Of a stretch of DNA of 64,000 nucleotides, positions 28,947-36,064 are shown one piece after another. The notes under the pieces were generated by a model that had not been told where the DNA came from, made no database searches, and saw nothing but the letters and a program-made list of their open reading frames with translations. This stretch comes from Elusimicrobiota bacterium (GTDB lineage Bacteria > Elusimicrobiota > Elusimicrobia > UBA1565 > UBA9628): contig JACRNU010000019.1 of the NCBI GenBank assembly GCA_016234805.1, positions 562 through 64,561 on the forward strand, read 5' to 3'. The position numbers and the translations under genes are program-made. Position 1 is the first letter of the stretch. Every line of letters begins with the position of its first letter.

Positions 28947-29888
28947 TCAATGCACGTCGTCGCGCCTGCGGTCGAAGGCGAAGCGGCTCAAGCGGCCGTC
29001 ATTCCGGGCTTTGCAGTACGACTTCATCTCAGCCGCCAGGGACACTGCCCGGGCATAGTGGTCCATGAGCCGCTGTCGGGAGCTCACGATGCCGATGGAA
29101 AGGGTCAAGAGCGACAGGCGCTGTATCCTCCCCTGCCGGTCCGCGGTCTCGACCCAGCCGCGGGCCAGGTCCACGGCCTCGTAGAACGTGACCGCTTTCT
29201 GGTCGAAGACCGTGACGATCCTCTGGCTGGCCGAAGCCGCATCCTCGGGCCTGGTCAGGAACACGAAGTCGTCGCCCCCGACGTGGCCGAGGAACGCGTC
29301 CTGCAAGGGGCGCAAGGCGGCCTCGATGACGCCTGCGGTGGCCCTGATGACCTCGTCTCCCCGGGCGAATCCGTAGTGGTCGTTGTACGCCTTGAAGTGG
29401 TCGAGGTCCGCGTAGTGAAGCGCGAAGTGCCGGTCCTCCGCGATGCGGCGGGTGACCTCGGCCTCGATCGAGGGCGTCCCCGGCAGGCGGGTCAGGGGGC
29501 TCGCGGCCAGGTCGGTCCTGCTTCGGCGGAGCGCGCTCAGCACATGGGCGCGCAGGTCGTCGGGTTGGAAGGGCTTGGCGATGAAGTCATCGGCCCCGGA
29601 CTCAAGGCCCTCGACCTCGGTCCCTGGCTGGGCGCAGCCCGTGAGCATGATGACCGGGATGGTGCGGGTGCGCGCTCCGGTGCGCAGTTCCTGAAGCACC
29701 TTCCACCCGTCCATGCGGGGCATGGAGAGGTCCAGGATGATGAGGTCCGGGCTCGCGGTCCTGGCCATCTCCAGGGCCGCGGCGCCGTCCTCGGCGCCGA
29801 CCACCTCGTACGCGGGCGCGACCAGCGCCCTGGACACGAGCTTGCGCACCGCCTCCTCGTCGTCAGCCACCAATATCTTCTGGGACAT
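28947..29888 (-). CDS. Response regulator with GGDEF output domain (motif is GGDDF)
   Basis: REC (MSQKILVADDEE...LDLSMPRMDGW) followed by a GGDEF fold (HYADLDHFKAYNDHYGFARGDEV...HVGGDDFVFL). Confidence 0.8.
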   Translation of the reverse strand: MSQKILVADDEEAVRKLVSRALVAPAYEVVGAEDGAAALEMARTASPDLIILDLSMPRMDGWKVLQELRTGARTRTIPVIMLTGCAQPGTEVEGLESGADDFIAKPFQPDDLRAHVLSALRRSRTDLAASPLTRLPGTPSIEAEVTRRIAEDRHFALHYADLDHFKAYNDHYGFARGDEVIRATAGVIEAALRPLQDAFLGHVGGDDFVFLTRPEDAASASQRIVTVFDQKAVTFYEAVDLARGWVETADRQGRIQRLSLLTLSIGIVSSRQRLMDHYARAVSLAAEMKSYCKARNDGRLSRFAFDRRRDDVH

Positions 29889-30108
29889 GACCGCCTCCTT
29901 GGCTTTCCCGCGCCGATTCCAGCAGGCCCTGCAGGCGCAGGCCGGACCGGTATGCCGCGTCCAGGGCCTGGACCGCCCGAGCATCCCCTGCCGGAAGCTT
30001 GCGGAGCAGCTCGATGTTCCCCAGCACGCAGCCCAGGACATTGGCCATGGCGTGGTACCTCTCCATGCCTTCAGCATACCTTTCCGGCCTTGCCGGACGC
30101 TGAACCAC
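29863..30108 (-). CDS. Small ORF resembling a histidine-kinase DHp (H-box) fragment
   Basis: ERYHAMANVLGCVLGNIELL resembles an HK phosphoacceptor helix. It starts 19 nt from the IS4 left inverted repeat and overlaps the start of the GGDEF gene. It may be a gene remnant. Confidence 0.25.
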   Translation of the reverse strand: MVQRPARPERYAEGMERYHAMANVLGCVLGNIELLRKLPAGDARAVQALDAAYRSGLRLQGLLESARESQGGGHVPEDIGG

Positions 30109-30126
30109 GGCTTAACTGCGCCTTAA

Positions 30127-31523
30127 GGCAATGCCGGTCACTTAAGCCGGGTGCCCGTCGTTGCGGGCATAGTTGCTCATCTTGATCTTGACGTGCCTTG
30201 GGTAGCGGCGTTCAGACCGTCTCGGGGGCAAAACAAGCTCCCGCATCTCCACGCGCATGTCGCGGATCACGCCCAATAGAACAAGTCCCGGATGAGCCTC
30301 AGCGAGCCCCGAAAGCTGATCCGGCGTGGCGGCACCCCGCAGTCTGCGGCAACAGCCTCCATTTCGTGACGCACCAAGTTGTAGGCGACGGCCAAGCCCC
30401 AAAGCTCCTGGGCGACACGCTCCGGCGTCTTCGACCGGATCGCCTCCATGCGTTCCAGCGCGTGCGTCTTGATCTCGTCGTAGCCAAGCTCCAATTCCCA
30501 TCGCTCATGGTAGAGCTCCGCAATCTCGGCTGTCGGATACTTCTCCGCGTCCAAGAGAGAGGTCAACAGCACCTGCGGCCGAAACCCCTTCCTGCGGTAG
30601 CGGACTACGCGCGCCAGGAACTTCTCCGGCAGATCAGGATGCTTGGCCCTCAGATTGCGAGGAAACTCAATCTCCACAAGGGCGTCCCCGCGTCCCAGCG
30701 ACTTCACTGCACGCCACTTCAACCCTTTTCTGCCACGCGCCAGCCAGTGCCGCTCCTCTCCGCCAGCGCGGATTTGGTGCCACAGATGGTAGTTGATGTA
30801 ATAGCGGTCCAGGACGACCAACGAATACGACGGCAAACGTTCCAACAGCAGGGTTGCCAGACCGATCTCCCCCGGCCCTGTCCGGCATCCGGCGAAGTTG
30901 AAGCCCAAGAGCAAGTGGCTGCGCAGAACCATCAGTCCGACCGCGCGGACTTGGGGATACCCTGCGGAGCGACGACTCGATCCCGGAAGCCCGAACGCCG
31001 TCCGGTTCTCCTTGGTGTCGGGCACCCGTATTCCCGTCCCATCCGCACCCAAAACCATCAGCCCGTGCCAACGGTGACGCTCCGCCGAGGCCAGCGCCCA
31101 GTGCCGTGCTGTCGTCTCGAACAGTTCCCGCACCGGCTCCGGTCCCACACGGTCTCGGGCCGGGGGGATAGCCCCTTGGCTTACGCCCTGGCGCTTGCCG
31201 TCGGGACCGGGCAAGACCAAGTCCAGCCGCCGCACGATCTCGGCAATGGGTCGGTCGCGATACAACGCCATCCCCACCACCAGCCACATCACCTGCTCCA
31301 CCGCCAACTTGCGGTTGCGAACCGTCGCGACGCCGTGCATCGTCAACGACGATTTTACCCACTCAACATCAACCTGCGATTTCAGCCCCTCGAACGACGC
31401 TGGAAGAGTGCCATCGCTCAGGGAAATGAGCGACGATGCCAGTCCCATGAGTCCCCCTTCTCGGCGCTGGGGGATATTATGTCATTTCCCGTCGGAGGAC
31501 GGGCTTAAGTGACCGGCATTGCC
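30127..31523 (-). mobile_element. IS4-family insertion sequence (~1.4 kb) with 22-bp perfect terminal inverted repeats
   Basis: IRL 30127-30148 GGCAATGCCGGTCACTTAAGCC equals the reverse complement of IRR 31502-31523. A single DDE transposase ORF lies inside. Confidence 0.8.
30267..31448 (-). CDS. IS4-family DDE transposase
   Basis: 393 aa with IS4 YREK-region signature (AEIAELYHERWELELGYDEIK) and DDE residues. Confidence 0.85.
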   Translation of the reverse strand: MGLASSLISLSDGTLPASFEGLKSQVDVEWVKSSLTMHGVATVRNRKLAVEQVMWLVVGMALYRDRPIAEIVRRLDLVLPGPDGKRQGVSQGAIPPARDRVGPEPVRELFETTARHWALASAERHRWHGLMVLGADGTGIRVPDTKENRTAFGLPGSSRRSAGYPQVRAVGLMVLRSHLLLGFNFAGCRTGPGEIGLATLLLERLPSYSLVVLDRYYINYHLWHQIRAGGEERHWLARGRKGLKWRAVKSLGRGDALVEIEFPRNLRAKHPDLPEKFLARVVRYRRKGFRPQVLLTSLLDAEKYPTAEIAELYHERWELELGYDEIKTHALERMEAIRSKTPERVAQELWGLAVAYNLVRHEMEAVAADCGVPPRRISFRGSLRLIRDLFYWA

Positions 31524-32342
31524 CCCCTCTTCGTCGAAGATGAGGTAATCGAAGGTGACGCTGGCCTTGCCGATGTCCGAGATGCAGGTGCGCACCGAGA
31601 GCAGGTCGTCGTAGCGGCTCGCGGCCAGATAGCGGCACCCGGCCTCCACCACGGGCAGGAAGAGCTTGCGCTGGACCTCGAGGTCGCGGTAGCGCACCCC
31701 GAGCGACCTCAGGAGTTCAACCCTGCCCAGCTCGAAGAACTTGAAGTAGTTGGCGTAGTAGATGACCCCCATCTTGTCCGTATCGGCGTAGGTGACGCGC
31801 ACGTTGAACTCGTGGAAGCGCACCCGGGACGCCTTGGGATGGGGCCGGGCCTCGGCCGGAGGGGACGCCGCGCGTTCGGCCTTGGACGGCGGCAGCGGCG
31901 AAGGCTGCCGTGCCGGCGGCGGAGGAGGGACCGGGAAGAACGGCTCCTCAGGCGCGCTCCCCACCGAGAGCCCGAGCACCGAGTTCAGGATGGAGATGAA
32001 CTGGTTGAGGCCCATGGGCTTGCGCACGAAGAAAGTGTTGGGGCCAGGGCGGATCCGGGAACGGATCTCGTCCGCGGAGACCACGCTCGAGAAGATGATG
32101 GGGATCTCCGCCGTGTCCGGGGAGCCGCGCAGCCTCTCGTAGACCGTGTGCCCCCCGCCTCCGGGCATCTGGTAGTCCAGGATGATGGCGTCGGGCTTGG
32201 TCTGATGCGCCTGTAGGACCCCTTGGAGGCCGTCGAAAGCCACGGAGACCCGGTACCCCACGACCTCCAAACCATCCTTGAGCGGGGCGACCAGGTTCTG
32301 GTCGTCATCCACGATGAGGATCTTCTTCGACATCCTCTCCAA
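31482..32342 (-). CDS. Response-regulator receiver fused to a YbgC/4HBT-type hotdog acyl-CoA thioesterase; 3' end interrupted by IS4
   Basis: REC (KKILIVDDDQNL...ILDYQMPGGGG), Pro-rich linker, hotdog domain (VRVTYADTDKMGVIYYANYFKFFELGRVELL). The last 14 codons are encoded by the IS4 right end. Confidence 0.65.
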   Translation of the reverse strand: MERMSKKILIVDDDQNLVAPLKDGLEVVGYRVSVAFDGLQGVLQAHQTKPDAIILDYQMPGGGGHTVYERLRGSPDTAEIPIIFSSVVSADEIRSRIRPGPNTFFVRKPMGLNQFISILNSVLGLSVGSAPEEPFFPVPPPPPARQPSPLPPSKAERAASPPAEARPHPKASRVRFHEFNVRVTYADTDKMGVIYYANYFKFFELGRVELLRSLGVRYRDLEVQRKLFLPVVEAGCRYLAASRYDDLLSVRTCISDIGKASVTFDYLIFDEEGGNAGHLSPSSDGK

Positions 32343-32596
32343 GATATCACTTTGCCGGCGCGGATGTCCAACAAACGCCTACAAAACAATGCCTTTTTGC
32401 TCTGAAAGTCGCCGCTCCATGATGGTTTCCACCATGGTCGCCGCCGGCAGCATTGGCGCCGAGCCCTCATGCTCCTGGATATAGGCCTTTAGACCCGGAA
32501 CACAGTAGGCCCCTTGCGCTGTCAAGGGTGGGCCCCCTGCAACTGCCCCCTCTTCCGCATACCGACTACACTTGTAATGAGGGCCAGGAGGAATCT

Positions 32597-34507
32597 ATGA
32601 ACCTGATGAACCGGACTCAGAAGATCGCGAAGGCCGTGCTGGCTGCCTTCTTGTTCGCCGCGCTCGGCACCGCGTCTTTCGCCCAGGCTCCTGGCGGAAA
32701 GCCGGTCGAGAGCCTCCCCCCCGTCGAAGGCCAGGCCAAGCCCCTCCCCGCCCTTCCGCCTCTGACCATCGAGGCCCTCAAGCCGGCCGCTGCCGTTACC
32801 GCTGCGCCCGCGGAGACCCCGGAGCACGTCAAGGCTGCCCAGGCCCTTCAGGACTACGGCCTTCCCCCTGCCATGTACATCCAGGACCCCTCCACCATCG
32901 AGGAGAAGCAGGCCTTTGTCGTGATCTACTCGGTCACCAAGAGCACGCCTTCCCCCATCGGCCGCATCCTGCTCGAGGCGCTCAACGAGACGCCCAAGGA
33001 CAAGGTCCAGAAGATCACCCACAAGAAGCTCTACATGCTCTTCCTCTCAGCCCTCGAGTACGGCAAGCGCTCAGTGGACCCCAGGTACCAGGCCAACCCG
33101 AGCCTGCTCGCCGCCTACAAGGCCAAGATCATGGACGTCATGAACGCCGAGATCCCCGGCGACACCGATTACGTGGGCCTGGGCCGCAAAGGCAAGTCCC
33201 TCCGCGAGGTGCTCAAGAACCGCGAGGACGCCCTCAAGCTCGTGGTCGAGACCCTCGACAAGCTTCCGGACGCGGAGAAGGCCAAGGTCGCTGACAAGAA
33301 GGGCTTCCTCGACAAGGTCATCAAGGAGATGGACGCCCTGCAGCTCAGCGGCAACGGCGCCGTGCTCGTGCCCGAGACCCTCGTAACCATCGTGAAGCTG
33401 ATCCCTGAGAAGGAACTTACGGCCGGGCAGTGGCAGGCGGTCTTCGACTCCTACCCCATGGGCCACAGCCTCTGGGCCGACCGCGTGGACCTGGCCTGGC
33501 GCAAGGGCATCACGGGCAAGGGCGTCACCGTGGCCATCATCGACACCGGCATCGACAAGAGCCACCCCCTCGTGGCCGGCGCGGTGACGGATTGGGAGAA
33601 CCTCACCAACCACCGCTACATCGACCGCAACGCCGTGGACGCCTCTGGCAAAAGCCTCTTCGGCGCCCCTGACAACCGCGGCGGGCACGGCACGCACATG
33701 GCCGGGGTGCTCCACTCCTTCGCACCGGACGCCAAGATCATGAGCATCAAGGCCCTCGACGAGGAGGCCCGCGACCAGATCCCCGACGAGCTTCAGAACG
33801 ACCTGCCCGCCACCATGGCGGCCATCGCCGGCAGCCTTGAAAAAGTCTACAACCACAACCGGGACGTGGCCGCGGGGACCAAGAAGGGCGACCGCATCGA
33901 CGTGGTGAGCATGAGCCTCGGCGTCCCGAAATCCAACGCCCATGCGGTCGGTCCCCAGACCGACGCCATCAGCGCGTGGGTCAAGAAGCTCCACAGCCAG
34001 GGCGTGGTCGTGGTCGTGGCCGCGGGCAACGAGGGCCAGACCAATATCTCCCGGCCCGGCTACATTCCCGAAGCCATCACGGTCGGCGCCGTGGACTACT
34101 TCAAGCGCGTGGCCGCGTTCTCCTCGGACGGCGCGGTGGCCGTGCCCGAGGCGGGCAAGATCCTCCAGAAGCCGGACGTCTTCGGCTACGGCGTGGGCGT
34201 GCGTTCGGCCAAGTACGACCCGGCCGCGGACTACTCCAAGCTCGTCACCGACCAGCTCATCGCCGCGGGCAACGGCACCTCGCCCGCGGCCCCGCACGTG
34301 GCCGCGGTGACGGCCATGCTCATCCAGTCCGGCCGGCAGATGGGCATCGAGCTCGGCCCGGAGCAGATCCGTACCATCCTAAAGGAAAGCTCCACGGCCA
34401 CGGCCAACGGCAACCCCTACGCCGGCGGCATGGGCGGGGTGGTCAGCGCCTCCCGGGCCCTGGACTACCTGCAGAAGAACCTGTCGAAGTTCAAGAAGAA
34501 GAGCTGA
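32597..34507 (+). CDS. Secreted subtilisin-like serine peptidase (S8 family)
   Basis: Signal peptide. Catalytic triad contexts AIIDTGID, HGTHMAGV, GTSPAAPHVAAV. GGAGGA before ATG 32597. Confidence 0.85.
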   Translation: MNLMNRTQKIAKAVLAAFLFAALGTASFAQAPGGKPVESLPPVEGQAKPLPALPPLTIEALKPAAAVTAAPAETPEHVKAAQALQDYGLPPAMYIQDPSTIEEKQAFVVIYSVTKSTPSPIGRILLEALNETPKDKVQKITHKKLYMLFLSALEYGKRSVDPRYQANPSLLAAYKAKIMDVMNAEIPGDTDYVGLGRKGKSLREVLKNREDALKLVVETLDKLPDAEKAKVADKKGFLDKVIKEMDALQLSGNGAVLVPETLVTIVKLIPEKELTAGQWQAVFDSYPMGHSLWADRVDLAWRKGITGKGVTVAIIDTGIDKSHPLVAGAVTDWENLTNHRYIDRNAVDASGKSLFGAPDNRGGHGTHMAGVLHSFAPDAKIMSIKALDEEARDQIPDELQNDLPATMAAIAGSLEKVYNHNRDVAAGTKKGDRIDVVSMSLGVPKSNAHAVGPQTDAISAWVKKLHSQGVVVVVAAGNEGQTNISRPGYIPEAITVGAVDYFKRVAAFSSDGAVAVPEAGKILQKPDVFGYGVGVRSAKYDPAADYSKLVTDQLIAAGNGTSPAAPHVAAVTAMLIQSGRQMGIELGPEQIRTILKESSTATANGNPYAGGMGGVVSASRALDYLQKNLSKFKKKS

Positions 34508-34531
34508 GACAGATACCGATCCGCGTCGATA

Positions 34532-34559
34532 GCGCCCCCCGCCGCCAGGCGGGGGGCGC
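34532..34559. terminator. GC-rich hairpin between convergent genes (putative bidirectional terminator)
   Basis: GCGCCCCCCGCC-GCCA-GGCGGGGGGCGC forms a 12-bp perfect stem. No clear U-tract on either strand. Confidence 0.4.
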
Positions 34560-34564
34560 CGCGC

Positions 34565-35761
34565 TTATAGGTGGATCCTGCAGGCCACAGGGTCCGGAGC
34601 GTTGAAGCTGCCTGCCAGCATCCTGGCCCGGACCCGGCAGCCTCCGCGGCAGGCGGAGAAGGCCGCGCAGGCGCGGCAGGCCGCGAGCCCGGCCCAATCC
34701 AAACGGCTCACCACGGACCCTTCAGGGCCGGCCCGGAGGATCTGCGCCAGCGAGGATTGGCCGAGGTCGCCAAGGGGCTCGCGGAGGTTCTGGAAGTAAT
34801 GGCAGGCGAAGACCTGCCCGTCCGCGGCCACGAAGCACTGCTCGACGCCTGCCGCGCAGTCGAAGCCGGACGCGGGCAGGCCGCCCCGGGAGCGCCTGAT
34901 CGAGTCATCCTCGAGCATCCCGGCCTTGGCCAGGCTCTTGAGCGCCGCGTCCTCCAGGCCGAACCTGCCGCCCGCGGACTCGCCTCTGCCGATGGGCATG
35001 ACAGCCGAGAACCTCACCCCGGAAACGCCGAGGTCCTGCCGGCAGAACCTCGCGAAGTCAGCGGCTGAAGACGCGTTCTCCCGCGTGACCATGGAGGTGA
35101 CGAACACCCGCAGTCCTTGGGAGACCAGCGCACGGACCCCGGCCACGGCAGCCGCGAAGGCTCCCGCGCCCCGCAGTCCGTCGTGGTGCTTTTCGAAGGA
35201 GTCCAGGCTCACCACCACCTTGGCCGTACCCGCTTGCGCGAGGAGGCCGGCGATGCCTGGGTCCATGAGCGTGGCATTGGTCATCACCACCACCCTCATG
35301 CCGGCTGAGCGCGCGTCCCTCACAGCGCGGCTGAACAGCGGGTTGAGGAGCGGCTCCCCCCCGTTGAAGACCACGGAGACCGCGCCCAGGCTGCGGCCGC
35401 CCTCCAGGGCAGCCTCCAGGACCCCGGCGGACATGTGCCTGCCGGAGAGTTCGGCAAAGCAATGCCCGCAGGAGAGGTTGCACGCGCCCGAGAGTTCGAG
35501 CTCGAGGGTGGAGAGCAGGCCGGCATCCCTCACCGAGAGGTCTTCCTGTCCGCCAGGCCCGGAAACGACTAGGCCGCGGGCGGAAAGCTTGTCATGGATG
35601 AGCTTCTCCTGGCCGGTCAGGTCCTCCACCCGCTCCCTCGCCAGCAGGGCCTTGAGGGTCTCCAGGGCCTCCTGGTTCATCCTGACCTTATAAGAGCTCT
35701 TGAGGTGGTGCAGCCAATACCCCTCCCGGCTCCGCTTGACGACGCAGTCCTTCAGCCTCAT
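34565..35761 (-). CDS. Radical SAM / SPASM-domain peptide-modifying enzyme with N-terminal RRE-like (PqqD-like) extension
   Basis: CX3CX2C motif CNLSCGHC at ~residue 103 and C-terminal SPASM cysteines (CAAGVEQC...C...CRACAAFSACRGGC). The ~95-aa N-terminal extension resembles RiPP recognition elements. Confidence 0.85.
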   Translation of the reverse strand: MRLKDCVVKRSREGYWLHHLKSSYKVRMNQEALETLKALLARERVEDLTGQEKLIHDKLSARGLVVSGPGGQEDLSVRDAGLLSTLELELSGACNLSCGHCFAELSGRHMSAGVLEAALEGGRSLGAVSVVFNGGEPLLNPLFSRAVRDARSAGMRVVVMTNATLMDPGIAGLLAQAGTAKVVVSLDSFEKHHDGLRGAGAFAAAVAGVRALVSQGLRVFVTSMVTRENASSAADFARFCRQDLGVSGVRFSAVMPIGRGESAGGRFGLEDAALKSLAKAGMLEDDSIRRSRGGLPASGFDCAAGVEQCFVAADGQVFACHYFQNLREPLGDLGQSSLAQILRAGPEGSVVSRLDWAGLAACRACAAFSACRGGCRVRARMLAGSFNAPDPVACRIHL

Positions 35762-35851
35762 CCTCGCATCTGATCAAAGAGGAGCCCCGCGGCCGCGGTC
35801 CGGAACTGCTCCGGAGCGCGGCGCGCGGGGCCGTCTACCTCTTGAGCTAAT

Positions 35852-35941
35852 CTACTTCTCGCAGGGTTCGCAATGCGCCTTGTCCGTGAACTCGACCGTC
35901 CGGTCGTCGCACTCTTCGAAGATCATCACGTACCCCCACAT
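35852..35941 (-). CDS. Candidate precursor peptide MWGYVMIFEECDDRTVEFTDKAHCEPCEK (29 aa; 24 aa from the second ATG at 35926)
   Basis: Hand-translated small ORF 90 nt upstream of the rSAM gene on the same strand. GGGGG lies 6 nt before the second ATG, and a strong promoter lies upstream. Three Cys in the C-terminal half. Not in the ORF track because it is shorter than 60 aa. Confidence 0.45.
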   Translation of the reverse strand: MWGYVMIFEECDDRTVEFTDKAHCEPCEK

Positions 35942-35977
35942 TATGGAATGTCCGACCTAACAACCCTATACATTTTG

Positions 35978-36005
35978 ATTGTATCACAAAACCGCGGCGA
36001 TGCAA
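35978..36005 (-). promoter_or_regulatory. Sigma70-type promoter (-35 TTGCAT, 16-nt spacer, extended -10 TGATACAAT) driving the small peptide gene
   Basis: Minus-strand sequence ccTTGCATcgccgcggttttgTGaTACAATcaaaatg. AT-rich island in a GC-rich region, ~30 nt upstream of the peptide ATG. Confidence 0.45.
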
Positions 36006-36064
36006 CAAGGTATTTCATCCTTCAATATCGCCCCAGACCGGCCTGCGACTGCCGCGTCATCTCC

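Noticed and set aside
30198-31508. 436-aa plus-strand ORF inside the IS4 element
   Set aside because: It is antisense to the clearly recognisable DDE transposase and has low-complexity Arg/Pro/Gln content.
34231-34413. Short antisense ORFs within the S8 peptidase and rSAM genes
   Set aside because: They overlap strongly supported coding regions on the opposite strand and lack any start-site signals.
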